A stretch of 64,000 bases of DNA from Patescibacteria group bacterium (GCA_024238995.1 JANBVL010000001.1:74059-138058); one strand, 5' to 3'; positions 48,573 through 58,512 are shown, counted from the first letter of the stretch. Translations and numbers: made by a program. Notes: generated from the letters alone by a model not told the origin.

Positions 48573-50149
48573 GAGGCGTAGTCAAAGGTTGGTATAGGTA
48601 GCTTCATTAGTTCCTCTTTTCTCTTTGTTGAGAGCTTGGAAATTGAAATATAACCAGTTATCATTATCCTTCCTGTATCAGAATTGTAAGTGATTGTTTT
48701 TACAATACTCTTAAGCAGTTTTTTAATCTGTTCAGGCTTTAATATATTCAACTGAACTTTGGTCAGACTGGCAAACTCTTTTAAGCTGTTGATTATATCC
48801 TGCTTACTGGTTGCTTGAGATAACCTTACTTCAATCCCTTTTAAATCTTTCTTGATTTCCCTTTCAATCAAAGTATAGTTCTCTATCTTTGCCTCAAATT
48901 CTTCTATGCTTATAAAATCTTTATCCCAAAGTCGCCATACCTCACTCTTCTTTTTCTTTGTAATGGCTTGGTGCTTTAATAGGTCTTGTTTTAAATCACC
49001 TAACGATTGCTTTTCTTTGTCCCCTTCTTTTAACCGAAATATGTATTTGATAAGGATTTTAGGATTCTGTAATGCCTCTTTGATTTTGCCCCAGATATAA
49101 TCTTCAATAAACTCCTTCTTTATCATTCTAGAATTACATTTAAAAACCTCTGGAAAACTCTTGGGCTTTGAACTGCATACATAATAGGAATACTTATTAT
49201 GATGGCAGATACCAACCATTCTTGAGCCACACTTTTCACACCTCATTAAGCCACTCAAAAGATAAGTGTTCTTTGTTTTACCATAGAGCTTAAAATTCTT
49301 TTTTCTCAACTCCTGAACTTTATCAAATGTTTCTCTGTCAATTATGGCAGGGACTTTAACCATCAACCAATCTTTTCTGTTATTATTCACTTTGCTTGAT
49401 TTGACTTTTCTATTAAATTTCACTCTCTTGTTCTTTGGTTCAGAACTTTTGGTTTTATTGTAATACCAATTACCAATGTAGGTTTCACTCTTTAGAACTC
49501 TAGCAATTCCCTGTGGTCTCCAAATCTTATTATCCCCATAACGTATTTTTTTCAAGTGAAATGCTTTAGTTGTTCCAGTAATGGTTTGGTGTTCAAGATA
49601 AAGATTGAAGATAAGTTTTACAATCTTTGCTTCTTCAGGTTCTATCTTTAACTGCCAATCCCCCTTCTTGTTTTTAATGAACCTATAACCATAAGTTGCA
49701 CAACTCCTGATAAGCTTCCCATTTTTTACTTTGTGCAGTTTCCCTCTGCGACTTCTTTCTATGAATTGCCTTTTTTCGTGTTCAGCTAACAAGCTCTCAA
49801 TATCAGTTAAAAGTTTGTTTTCTTCTGTTAGCACTCGGTCTTTAAAGACCACTTCAATTCCTCGCTTCTCTAATTCTTTTAACACTATGAGTTGGTTAAG
49901 ATGGTCTCTGCTCAACCTATCGGCAGAATGAACATAAAGAGCTTCAAACAAACCTTCTTTAGCGTCATCTCTTAACTTGTCTAGAGAGGGTCTTGCCAAA
50001 GTTCCACCACTCCAACCATTATCAATATATTCTTTAACTATTTCAAAGTCTTTACAGATTTCCTTTAATACTGCCAACTGACTTTCAATAGTCCTTTCGT
50101 CTTTTTGTCTTTGGGTGCTAACCCTAACGTAGATTGCTACTTTTTTCAT
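48557..50149 (-). CDS. Large serine recombinase/integrase
   Basis: AIYVRVST (catalytic Ser), D.GWSG...RPSL, DRLSR, YGY, zinc ribbon LLSGLMRC.KCGS...YYVC, coiled coil. Confidence 0.96.
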   Translation of the reverse strand: MKKVAIYVRVSTQRQKDERTIESQLAVLKEICKDFEIVKEYIDNGWSGGTLARPSLDKLRDDAKEGLFEALYVHSADRLSRDHLNQLIVLKELEKRGIEVVFKDRVLTEENKLLTDIESLLAEHEKRQFIERSRRGKLHKVKNGKLIRSCATYGYRFIKNKKGDWQLKIEPEEAKIVKLIFNLYLEHQTITGTTKAFHLKKIRYGDNKIWRPQGIARVLKSETYIGNWYYNKTKSSEPKNKRVKFNRKVKSSKVNNNRKDWLMVKVPAIIDRETFDKVQELRKKNFKLYGKTKNTYLLSGLMRCEKCGSRMVGICHHNKYSYYVCSSKPKSFPEVFKCNSRMIKKEFIEDYIWGKIKEALQNPKILIKYIFRLKEGDKEKQSLGDLKQDLLKHQAITKKKKSEVWRLWDKDFISIEEFEAKIENYTLIEREIKKDLKGIEVRLSQATSKQDIINSLKEFASLTKVQLNILKPEQIKKLLKSIVKTITYNSDTGRIMITGYISISKLSTKRKEELMKLPIPTFDYASILVK

Positions 50150-50285
50150 AATTCTTTTTTTGCTTATTTTTTTTAGATTTTAAAATATCACTTACAAATT
50201 GTGTAAATTCTTCTTTATGATTAGGATTCGGCTCAAACTTTATAATCAGTTTAGTTTGTTTCTTTCTTTTCTGTCTTTTTGCCAT
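50124..50285 (-). CDS. Unannotated 53-aa basic protein (KFEPNP motif), candidate directionality factor
   Basis: Hand translation MAKRQKRKKQTKLIIKFEPNPNHKEEFTQFVSDILKSKKNKQKKNYEKSSNLR; overlaps integrase start; similar to 60593..60784. Confidence 0.65.
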   Translation of the reverse strand: MAKRQKRKKQTKLIIKFEPNPNHKEEFTQFVSDILKSKKNKQKKNYEKSSNLR

Positions 50286-50298
50286 AATTTTGTTAAGG

Positions 50299-50354
50299 TT
50301 TAGAGATTTCAGAAATGGTCGCCCAAAACTGAAACCTCTAAATCTGCGACCATT
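50299..50354 (-). promoter_or_regulatory. Interleaved two-helix (pseudoknot-like) leader
   Basis: 50299-50312 pairs with 50329-50342; 50314-50322 pairs with 50346-50354. Confidence 0.55.
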
Positions 50355-50385
50355 ATTTTAATTATCTATGCCAACCTTTTAATTA

Positions 50386-50940
50386 TTATATGTCTTTTTT
50401 AATTGCTTTAACACACAAATGCCCACCTAACATTCTCAAACTTGGCAAATATCTTTTATTAAGTTTATCGCTTGTTATTTCAACCTTAAATCCTTTTAAT
50501 AATCTCTCAATGGCATTTGGAGTATAAAAAAGTTTGTGGTCTTCATCTCCTATGCTGTCTTCTCTTTTTAGTAAAAATCTCAAAATTCTATGAAGAGCAT
50601 AAGGATTAGGAGTAGTTAGAATCAATAATCCATTCGTTTTTAAAACTCTTTTCGCTTCTGATATAAAAGATTGTGGAGAATATGTATGTTCTAATAACTC
50701 TGCCATTATAATTGTATCAAAGGTTTCATCTTTAAAAGGTAAGTCATCGGCATTTCCTATTACTTGATTCTTTAAATTTAATTTCTTGGCTAATCTTTTA
50801 TTATTATCTAATCCAATTATTTGTGGAAACATAACTTGAAGTTCTTTAAATAGTTTTCCATCTCCTCCTAAATTGCCTATGTCTAAAATTGATTGACCAA
50901 CAATACTTTCTTTTATGAAACTGATTCGTGTTCCTAACAT
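50386..50940 (-). CDS. Class I SAM-dependent methyltransferase
   Basis: ILDIG, IGLD, LPFKDETFD, ELLEH, RVLK..G.LILTTPN. Confidence 0.9.
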   Translation of the reverse strand: MLGTRISFIKESIVGQSILDIGNLGGDGKLFKELQVMFPQIIGLDNNKRLAKKLNLKNQVIGNADDLPFKDETFDTIIMAELLEHTYSPQSFISEAKRVLKTNGLLILTTPNPYALHRILRFLLKREDSIGDEDHKLFYTPNAIERLLKGFKVEITSDKLNKRYLPSLRMLGGHLCVKAIKKDI

Positions 50941-50944
50941 TATT

Positions 50945-51115
50945 TTAATAATCTGTTATGGTTATTTTCCTTCTGCCCTTTCCCTTATCCCATCTATCAA
51001 GAATGTTTTTGATTTTACCAACATAGTCCTTGATTTTTACAAGGCGTTTTTGGTCTCTTTTAAACTGGAGATATATCACTAAGTCTATTGTGATTTTTCG
51101 TCTTTTATTTGTCAT
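50945..51115 (-). CDS. Unannotated 56-aa basic protein
   Basis: Hand translation MTNKRRKITIDLVIYLQFKRDQ...RRKITITDY; directly behind a TTGACA-17-CATAAT promoter. Confidence 0.45.
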   Translation of the reverse strand: MTNKRRKITIDLVIYLQFKRDQKRLVKIKDYVGKIKNILDRWDKGKGRRKITITDY

Positions 51116-51123
51116 ATACTAGT

Positions 51124-51152
51124 ATTATGACTTTTTCATAAACTAATGTCAA
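51124..51152 (-). promoter_or_regulatory. sigma70-type promoter (TTGACA-17-CATAAT)
   Basis: tgtcaa at 51147-51152 and attatg at 51124-51129 on the + strand. Confidence 0.6.
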
Positions 51153-51228
51153 GTATTTTTTTAATTGATTCTATTTTTATGGCTCTTTTTTGAAAATACT
51201 ACAATTTGATACCCCCTCAAACGCCCAC

Positions 51229-51257
51229 TTGACACCCCTAAGAACTTAATATAGATT
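51229..51257 (+). promoter_or_regulatory. sigma70-type promoter (TTGACA-17-TAGATT) for cargo operon
   Basis: Read directly upstream of 51334. Confidence 0.6.
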
Positions 51258-51333
51258 AAACTATTAAAAAAGGTCGTCCCAAAACTGAGGGATTATATCA
51301 GTATATAGAAAGCAATTAAAATAGGAAGAAAAT

Positions 51334-52302
51334 ATGAACAAAATAGAGATAAAAAACTTACTCAAAAAAAGTCCTATTGCAATGATTGTAGCTGGATTGT
51401 TAGGAGCTGGAATAGTTTCAGCAATGGTTTTAGCTGTCTATACTACAATGCTAGGAGTGGGTAATGTAGAACAAGCAGTCATATTTGGAAATGGAGATGT
51501 TGAAAAAACATATACTATTGGAAGCTCTAATGCAATTGCTGGAAACACCTATACCCAAGATTATAATTTGAAGAACCAATCAGAAACCACAGCACCGATT
51601 AAGTTTATCACTACACAATGTATAGTTGGTGGTGGAAATTGTAATACTCCAGAACACATTGAAGAAGGTGTAAAAACTTCTTACTGGAGTGCTGTAGAGT
51701 TAGAGAATAAAAACCCTGATTGGAATATTATAGATGATAATACAAGAGCAACTTTGACTTATGAATTATTATCTCCGACCTTCAATTATGAATTTGAAGC
51801 TACAGGACTAGATGTTAATGAAAACTATTCCTTGATTTACTACGCAGATAAACCTGAAAGGTTTGAAAATTGGGGTGGTAATAATCCAGGAGTATTGATT
51901 GCTGAATTTATAACTGATGATGAGGGAAACATTTCTGAAGAAGGAAACAAAAATCTTCAAATGAATTTGCCTACTTCACCAGATTGGAATGCTACTGCCG
52001 AAGCAAATTATTGCGATAGCGATAGTTATGATTTATGCAGAGGAGCAAAGATTTGGTTAGTTCCATCATCTAGTTATAATGATATAACAAAGGAACTTAA
52101 TGGTTGGAATCCAGATACTTACTTATTTGAAACAGACCTGATTACTTATGACGATACTGACACAGATGGAGTGGCGTTATATTTAGGAACAGGAATGCTG
52201 AATTTCTTTGTTAAGAATGAATTTGCAGTCAATCTTGCACCTGGCGAATATAAGGTAAAGACAGAAGTAATCCCAGTAGCAGAGCTAATAGCAGAATTGT
52301 AA
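51334..52302 (+). CDS. Secreted/surface protein (cargo), acidic and beta-rich
   Basis: N-terminal hydrophobic segment; LIYYAD, GAKIWLVPS, YLFETDLI; ends NLAPGEY.V.T.V.P. Confidence 0.75.
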   Translation: MNKIEIKNLLKKSPIAMIVAGLLGAGIVSAMVLAVYTTMLGVGNVEQAVIFGNGDVEKTYTIGSSNAIAGNTYTQDYNLKNQSETTAPIKFITTQCIVGGGNCNTPEHIEEGVKTSYWSAVELENKNPDWNIIDDNTRATLTYELLSPTFNYEFEATGLDVNENYSLIYYADKPERFENWGGNNPGVLIAEFITDDEGNISEEGNKNLQMNLPTSPDWNATAEANYCDSDSYDLCRGAKIWLVPSSSYNDITKELNGWNPDTYLFETDLITYDDTDTDGVALYLGTGMLNFFVKNEFAVNLAPGEYKVKTEVIPVAELIAEL

Positions 52303-52377
52303 AGAAAACCTGATAGCTATACAAGGAATAGCTATCAGAGGTAGGTTTATTTCTTTGAAGTAAATCTACCCCTGATT

Positions 52378-53232
52378 ATGAACAAAATATCAAAAAGTTT
52401 AATAGTTCTATTTTTAGCTTTTCTTTTTGGAAGTAGTTTTGGGATTTTTTCTATCCAAGCTCAAAATGATAAACTTATTTTAGAACTATCTTCTAAAGAA
52501 TGCGATATTCAATATAGTGGTGAGAGTTGCATTATTGAACTGAAACTTACTAATAATACTGATAAAATTCTTAATGGAGAAACATCTTTACATATAGATT
52601 ATAAAGGTATTTGTGGAGATGGTTTTTTTGATGGAGAAGGAATTAAAGCTCAATTTTCTATTACAGATAATAGTTGGTTAGACTTCTTGGGTTGGAAAGA
52701 TGGAACAACAGCAGTTTCAGGTTTTGAAATCGTTAAAGGCGAAACTCAATCAAAACTTAAGATAAAGACTGCTTCAAATCTTTGCCCTGGAGAATATACT
52801 TTCATTCTTGAATTAAAAGGAACTACTGCTGAAGAAGAATACACAAGCATTCCACTAGTAATGATACAAATAGGTGATGCGATAATTCTTCCTCAACCTT
52901 TTTTAGAAATTCCAGAAATTGACACTACTGATACTGAAAAGATAGTTGCCGTCTCAGGAGAAGAAGAAATAACTACTTTAACTAAAAAGGATTCTGAAAC
53001 TGAATTTATTGGAGAAAAAGAGGAAGAAAAGGAGAAAGGAGAGGAAAAAGTTGTTATTGAAGGGATTCAAAAAGGTTTAGTTTCAATGATAGCGTCTATA
53101 GGTATGATTTGGGGAGAAATCAGTAAATCTGCTTTTCTAACAATTATTGTGATTTTATGTTTAATGGGTTTAGTTCTTATCGGTATCAAAGAGTGGAGAC
53201 TATTTCAGAAAAAAAAAGAAGAAAGAAAATAG
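52378..53232 (+). CDS. Membrane-anchored surface protein (cargo)
   Basis: Signal peptide; NLCPGEYTF; acidic stalk; C-terminal TM and basic tail. Confidence 0.75.
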   Translation: MNKISKSLIVLFLAFLFGSSFGIFSIQAQNDKLILELSSKECDIQYSGESCIIELKLTNNTDKILNGETSLHIDYKGICGDGFFDGEGIKAQFSITDNSWLDFLGWKDGTTAVSGFEIVKGETQSKLKIKTASNLCPGEYTFILELKGTTAEEEYTSIPLVMIQIGDAIILPQPFLEIPEIDTTDTEKIVAVSGEEEITTLTKKDSETEFIGEKEEEKEKGEEKVVIEGIQKGLVSMIASIGMIWGEISKSAFLTIIVILCLMGLVLIGIKEWRLFQKKKEERK

Positions 53233-53289
53233 CTTGTTGGTCGGCTAAGCTATAAAGTAAATAATTAAATAAAAAACCAATGGAATAAA

Positions 53290-53799
53290 ATGTTTAAAAA
53301 ACTTACAGCTTTATTAGTGTTATCTGCTCTGCTTTTAGTTAGTGGAGCTTTTACATTTGCTAGTAATGAGGAAGCCATTATCGGCTCTATAACTCCTAAA
53401 GTCTTAAATGTTTCCATTAGCACAGATGGGGAAATTGACTGGGGACTTATGGATTTGGGGCAAGTTAAAGACACAATGACTTTAATAGATACACAGACCA
53501 TCACAAATATTGGTTCAGTTTCATTTACAATCAGTTTGAAAGTTTCGGATTCAATTCCTTCAAATTGGCAATACATAAATGCTATACCAAGTTTGACAAA
53601 CGAATTCAGTCAGGAGTGGGCTTTGAATTCTTCTGGGTGGACGTTCTTCAATGCTGATAATTCTTACTTGGCAAGTGGTATGACATTAGACCCTTCAACT
53701 TCAGTAAGTATGGATTTAAGATTCTATATGCCAGTAGTTCTCAGCTCAGGAGTCGCTCCACAAACTTTTCTGACATCAGTTTTGGCAGTTGCTTTGTAA
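53290..53799 (+). CDS. Secreted WxL-like/pilin-like subunit (cargo)
   Basis: Signal peptide; LNVSIS.DG.IDWG; TITNIGS; MDLRF.MP. Confidence 0.65.
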   Translation: MFKKLTALLVLSALLLVSGAFTFASNEEAIIGSITPKVLNVSISTDGEIDWGLMDLGQVKDTMTLIDTQTITNIGSVSFTISLKVSDSIPSNWQYINAIPSLTNEFSQEWALNSSGWTFFNADNSYLASGMTLDPSTSVSMDLRFYMPVVLSSGVAPQTFLTSVLAVAL

Positions 53800-53842
53800 G
53801 GTTTGGATTTGTTGAGGTGGGTATTTTCTCTACCCACCAATT

Positions 53843-54388
53843 ATGAAACTAAAACTTATAACAACAATTATTTTATTTTCATTGATAAGCTCTAGTGCTT
53901 CAAGCATTGGAATCTATCCTGTCGCTTTAAAGTTTGATGATGAGCTTTTAATGGGCAAACGATATAAAAATTCACAAATTACTATTATCAATACAAATGA
54001 TGAGGCAGGTTATTTTAAAGTCGGTGTAGCCAATTTAACAAAAGAGAATTTTGATAAGCTGAATTCTGATTGGATAAAAATTAAACCTGAAAAGTTCTAT
54101 CTAGAGGTAGGTTCTAGTCAAACGATTACTTTATCATTAAAAATTCCTCCCAAAACAAGATTGATATATTTTCAAGTTTATGGCGTTATAGAAACTTTTT
54201 CTGTTGAAGAAGTTGAATCAGGAGTTATGGGTGTGGGAGTTGCTGTGGGTTCTAAACTATCTTTTAAGGTTTCTAAAAAGAATGTCCCAAAATGGAAATT
54301 GCTCTGGTGGAACATTACAGACAGATTAAGATATTTTATGGCTTGGGGTGGTAATTTTATGCCTTTCAGTTTTACTCTTAAAAGATAA
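53843..54388 (+). CDS. DUF916/PapD-like protein (cargo)
   Basis: IGIYP...ITIINT...WIKIKP.KF.L..G.SQ.ITLSLKIP, parallel to host 40704..41768. Confidence 0.6.
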   Translation: MKLKLITTIILFSLISSSASSIGIYPVALKFDDELLMGKRYKNSQITIINTNDEAGYFKVGVANLTKENFDKLNSDWIKIKPEKFYLEVGSSQTITLSLKIPPKTRLIYFQVYGVIETFSVEEVESGVMGVGVAVGSKLSFKVSKKNVPKWKLLWWNITDRLRYFMAWGGNFMPFSFTLKR

Positions 54389-54470
54389 GAAGTTGAGGTT
54401 TGATACCATTAAATACCCTGTATGATGGTTCTTTACTTGTAAAAGGACTTTAAATGCGTCTAACAGCATT

Positions 54471-54686
54471 TTAAACTAGGTTCTCCCTGTAATCAGCTAG
54501 ATTCTTCCTAACAAACCAAACTGCGTTTTTCTCCTCATCAGAAAGTTTTACTCCCCTCTTGCGATTCATAAGCCAAAGTGCTGTGTTAATAATGGTTCTC
54601 TTTTTAACAGGCACTCCAAAGAAATCTTTTGTCGCTTCAATGATTTGTTTTTGCTTTTCAGATTGTTTTGTGGGTAGAGTTCTCAT
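54471..54686 (-). CDS. Hypothetical protein
   Basis: 71 aa directly after terL. Confidence 0.55.
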   Translation of the reverse strand: MRTLPTKQSEKQKQIIEATKDFFGVPVKKRTIINTALWLMNRKRGVKLSDEEKNAVWFVRKNLADYRENLV

Positions 54687-54688
54687 AG

Positions 54689-56233
54689 TTATTCATAAGC
54701 ATTGCCTCTGCTCCTTCTGTCCAGTATTGCTTGAACTTTCTTTTGGCTTTTTACTTTATCTCCTATTTTTTCAAAAGTAATTTTCTTTTCTTTGTAATTT
54801 TCAAATTGTTCAAATAAAGATTTTCTGGAAGTGATTATGTCTTTATCTTCCATTTCCCAGAATCCTAACAGAGTTGAAATAACATCATCATCGTGAAAGG
54901 AACGTTCTGCTCCTGCTCCTGACTGCCGTGCTGAATCATTCCAGACAAACGTTTTAAATTCTTCACAAGTTTGCTTATCATAGATACTAACTAAATCTTT
55001 TCTTAATAAGTCCTGAAAATTACTAATCAGGGCTTGTTTAGTTTGATAGCTTGTTTTCCAGCCGAGCTTCTGGGTTTCTTTTCTTCCCCAAGAGCTAGTA
55101 TCAAAAGTTGTTCTTCTATAAATGTTTAGATCACTAATACCCAATAAAAGAGCCTGACCACTAGCATTTACTTCTGGAATTATTAGGGGAGTTAAACTGC
55201 TCCTTTTGTTATATTTTTCATAAATGAATCTTGTCTTTTCTATTAAGGCAGGAATAGGAATCTTGCCATTAAACTTTGCAACTTTCTGACCATCAGAAGA
55301 AATAACACTTATACTACTTGGGTCAATGACACCTTCACTTCCATCAACCCCAATCTGATAAAACTTATTCATTGGTTGCTCCCAGATTTCAAATCCTTCT
55401 TCAACAGCAATCGGTTCTTTCACCATTGCTTCAAACTTTTTTATGTATTCTGTGGCAAAAACATTGTTCTGCAACAATAGGGATATGTCCCAATTTCCCT
55501 TAACATACCTTTGAATGTAATTCTCATCGTGTTGCAACTGGTCTTGCAAATAGTCATCTGGCAAATAAGGATTATCTAGCATTGAGAATTGAAAAGTTTC
55601 AAAATCAGTTCTCTTATTTACATTCTGTATAAATTCAGGATAAACCCAAAAGTTAGCAGGATTCATATTTAAAAAAGCACATCTGATTGGAGAAGTTGTC
55701 CTCCTCAATCTTCCACACAAGGTTAGAAAAACTGATTTTTCAATTTCTTCTGCTTGGTCTAGGGCAAATCCTGACAGGTTCATTCCTTTCAAAGACTGGT
55801 TGGCTTTTCTGATGTCTGACAGGCTTCCGCTCATTAAAGCGTCTAAACCAAAAAATATAATTTTACTGCCATTAAAAAACTCAACAATGCCTGACTTAAC
55901 CCTGTGCTTATACCATTTGGCATTTGGAATTAACTCCCACAGCAAAGGCAAAATTGTTTTTTCAAGGTCTGCAACATAACGTCTGCCCAACAGAAATTCA
56001 GAATTAGGAAAGAACCAACAAAGCAGAAGCATTTTACTCAACATTGCTAGAGTTTTACCAGAACCTAAACCTCCATACAAAATCTGAAATCTTGCTTTGC
56101 TATTCAGGAACTTAATCTGCTCTGGCAGAAATTTATATTTCTTTTTTCCATACTGCCACTCTTTGACTTGATAACCCTTAAGCCATTCTTCACCCAGTTT
56201 ATTAAATTGTTTTGTCAGTTCTTGTGTATTCAT
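54689..56233 (-). CDS. terL: Phage terminase large subunit
   Basis: Walker A GGLGSGKT, Walker B FALDQAEE, NMNP, DNPYLP..Y, nuclease IGVD..EG / IPEVN / HDDDVIS. Confidence 0.92.
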   Translation of the reverse strand: MNTQELTKQFNKLGEEWLKGYQVKEWQYGKKKYKFLPEQIKFLNSKARFQILYGGLGSGKTLAMLSKMLLLCWFFPNSEFLLGRRYVADLEKTILPLLWELIPNAKWYKHRVKSGIVEFFNGSKIIFFGLDALMSGSLSDIRKANQSLKGMNLSGFALDQAEEIEKSVFLTLCGRLRRTTSPIRCAFLNMNPANFWVYPEFIQNVNKRTDFETFQFSMLDNPYLPDDYLQDQLQHDENYIQRYVKGNWDISLLLQNNVFATEYIKKFEAMVKEPIAVEEGFEIWEQPMNKFYQIGVDGSEGVIDPSSISVISSDGQKVAKFNGKIPIPALIEKTRFIYEKYNKRSSLTPLIIPEVNASGQALLLGISDLNIYRRTTFDTSSWGRKETQKLGWKTSYQTKQALISNFQDLLRKDLVSIYDKQTCEEFKTFVWNDSARQSGAGAERSFHDDDVISTLLGFWEMEDKDIITSRKSLFEQFENYKEKKITFEKIGDKVKSQKKVQAILDRRSRGNAYE

Positions 56234-56338
56234 AAGTCTTTAAAATTAAATCTGTGTGGGTTGGGTATATATTATAATGTAAGGAATCAAGTGGTTGGTC
56301 TCCCCCCCCTTATGTTCGGTTAATGTTCGGTTGTTGAT

Positions 56339-56366
56339 AGGTCTCACAATATATCTTGTGCGACGT
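56339..56366. repeat. dif-like site inside the element (aggtctcacaa-tatatc-ttgtgcgacgt)
   Basis: Right arm reversed (acgtcgcacaa) is identical to 11073-11083; left arm differs by 1 nt from 9994-10004. Confidence 0.7.
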
Positions 56367-56682
56367 TATTTGTTCTTAAATCAGTATTCTTAATAGGTTC
56401 GTTATTCTTGACTGGCTCTAAACCTTGCTAGGAGCTGATTCTATGCCTCTAATATGAAGCGAGGAATTAACCTTGCCCTAGTTTATTAAGCTGAATATAT
56501 CCTTATCTAACCTCTTTGTGCCTGGGATTGTGGTGGGAAAGAAAGAGCGTGTGTATATGGTGCAGATACCATTCAGATATAACCATTAAGAGTTAATACC
56601 ATTCAATAACTATTCATTAGTATCTTTCTTTTCTTTGCGATTTGTTAAGACCAGTTCTTTGTGTTCTATCCTTATCTGTTTT

Positions 56683-57168
56683 CTATGTTTCTTCTTTATT
56701 CTTTTTCTTTGTGCCATTCTTTTGTTCTATCACTTCTCCTTGTTCTATCTGCTCCTTTTCTTTTGGAGCTGACATAGTTATATTAAGAGAGCCTAAATCT
56801 ATCAGAGCCTTATCTTCTCTAGGATAATGCGACAGAACTTTATTGTATTCTTGGACAGCTTGAAGTTTAGCTCTCGTATCTCCACTTTCAATTAGCCCTT
56901 TTAATATACTAGCGACTTCAGTAGGACTTATTAACGACCTCAAAATATCAGCAAACTTCTTGCCCTCATCTAACTTAATCAGTTCCACCAAATCTTTTTG
57001 TTTCTTTAACTCTTTTTGATATAGTTCGTTCTTGCCCAATTTAAAACCAATCTGATAAGCATTGGCTCTATCTTTTGCGTTATAGCATTGTAAAACAGCG
57101 TCATTTCTATCAATGCCCCTTGCCTCTAAATCAAGGACACATTTTTGTTTTAGTGTTAAATTTCTCAT
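56683..57168 (-). CDS. Terminase small subunit-like protein
   Basis: N-terminal HTH pattern LT.KQ......G....AV...Y.......A...G..L; upstream of terL. Confidence 0.65.
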   Translation of the reverse strand: MRNLTLKQKCVLDLEARGIDRNDAVLQCYNAKDRANAYQIGFKLGKNELYQKELKKQKDLVELIKLDEGKKFADILRSLISPTEVASILKGLIESGDTRAKLQAVQEYNKVLSHYPREDKALIDLGSLNITMSAPKEKEQIEQGEVIEQKNGTKKKNKEET

Positions 57169-57232
57169 TATTTTACTTTTTCAGGCTTCTAGGTTGCGTT
57201 CTAACAAGAGTAAAACAGATAGTTGATAGTTA

Positions 57233-57745
57233 TTATTCATACTGACTTCTAGCTCTTGGTTTAGGTTTCTGTCCTCTGTCTTTCTCTATTGCTTTCTCTC
57301 TTTCCCTTTCATCAACAGCAATCCTTTTAGCTATGGTTTCTTTCTTTTCTTTCTCTTTGGCTAACCTTTCATTCTCAAAAATAACAGATTCTTTTAATGA
57401 TTTCTCTTGGTTTTTTACTGCCTGTTCTCGCAATGGCATTAAAGTAATTCTTGAGTTAAGTTTCTTTTCCAACTTTGAAATTTTGGCTTTCTCCCGATTG
57501 TAAGCTATAAATTCTTTTCCATATTTATCCCTTTCTCTTTGTGTAATTTCTCCAACCTCTTTTGCAAATGGGTCTCTCTTGGATTTAATCATTTCCATTA
57601 ACTCTTTAGCGTCTTTTGATAATTGCCTTCTTCTTGCCAGAATAATTTGTTTCATTCTAGGAATTGAAACTTTAGATTCATTAACTTTTCCTTTCAATCT
57701 CTGAAAGTTCTTATATTTACTTTTTAATATCTCCTCTTGGTTCAT
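57233..57745 (-). CDS. Coiled-coil hypothetical protein
   Basis: Highly charged helical 170-aa ORF. Confidence 0.7.
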   Translation of the reverse strand: MNQEEILKSKYKNFQRLKGKVNESKVSIPRMKQIILARRRQLSKDAKELMEMIKSKRDPFAKEVGEITQRERDKYGKEFIAYNREKAKISKLEKKLNSRITLMPLREQAVKNQEKSLKESVIFENERLAKEKEKKETIAKRIAVDEREREKAIEKDRGQKPKPRARSQYE

Positions 57746-57763
57746 AATTTATTGTTTGATTAG

Positions 57764-57985
57764 TTATTTACCCTGCCATTCAGAAAAGGATTGATGTTTC
57801 TTTTTAGGAGGAGTTGAATAGTCAGGGACATAAGGGATAGAAGAAAACTCTTTGGCTTTTGTCTCTTCAAAAGACTGAACCTTAGGTTGTTTCCCCCACC
57901 CCTCCTTTTTAGCAACTTTATCTATTGCTTCATTAAGTTCCCTTAACTTATCCTCTTGCCACTTTTTAAACTCATCAGGGGTCAT
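57764..57985 (-). CDS. Small hypothetical protein (scaffold-tail-like EF..W / SF.EW motifs)
   Basis: MTPDEFKKWQ...KKHQSFSEWQGK. Confidence 0.6.
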   Translation of the reverse strand: MTPDEFKKWQEDKLRELNEAIDKVAKKEGWGKQPKVQSFEETKAKEFSSIPYVPDYSTPPKKKHQSFSEWQGK

Positions 57986-58141
57986 TTAGTTATTCTTAAT
58001 TGTTTCTCTTTTTTGCTTACCTGCAATATCCTTGTTCATTTTTTGAACTTGTTTTTTTGGTAAGCTAGGGTGGAAGTTCTCAACTTTCTTTCGGCTTAAC
58101 ATTTTGCTCCTTTTTGGCGATTTTGATTTGTTTCCTCGCAT
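57986..58141 (-). CDS. Unannotated 51-aa basic protein
   Basis: Hand translation MRGNKSKSPKRSKMLSRKKVENFHPSLPKKQ...IKNN; stop abuts the next ATG. Confidence 0.4.
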   Translation of the reverse strand: MRGNKSKSPKRSKMLSRKKVENFHPSLPKKQVQKMNKDIAGKQKRETIKNN

Positions 58142-58164
58142 AGTTTTTTATTTATTTTTAGTTA

Positions 58165-58512
58165 TTATTTTTTCTTCAACCTTTTAGCTCTCCAACTTTC
58201 AAAAGAGGGGTATTTCTTTGGAGTTTCTTGAACAGAAGCTCCTCCCTCAATTTCATTTTGGGCAATCACTCCCTTTTTAAACTCATCAAAAGGTAAGATT
58301 GTTTCTAATTCTGTTCCAGACTTCTCTAATCTCATTCCCTCAATCCCTTGTTTAACAAAATCACTTTCAGCTGTTTCAGAAAGAGTTTCCCCTCTTCCTT
58401 TTGCTACTACCTTAATTTCTTTAATTTCCTCATCAGAATAACCCTCTAAAACAAGAGCTTCTTCCTCTTGAGCCATTGTTTTTTCTTTTGTTTCTTTATT
58501 TTCTTCTGACAT
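58165..58512 (-). CDS. Scaffold-like acidic helical protein
   Basis: GYSDEEIKEIKVVAKGRG.TLSE pattern reminiscent of phage capsid scaffolds; ends YPSFESWR; ATG taken at 58512. Confidence 0.5.
   Translation of the reverse strand: MSEENKETKEKTMAQEEEALVLEGYSDEEIKEIKVVAKGRGETLSETAESDFVKQGIEGMRLEKSGTELETILPFDEFKKGVIAQNEIEGGASVQETPKKYPSFESWRAKRLKKK

Noticed and set aside
54689..56233. Inactive terminase because Walker B reads DQ rather than DE
   Set aside because: Acidic residues follow (DQAEE) and all other motifs are intact; not enough to call it dead
56311..56332. GTTC-N7-GTTC direct repeat resembling an alphaproteobacterial LexA box upstream of terL
   Set aside because: Single short match in a different lineage; cannot be distinguished from chance
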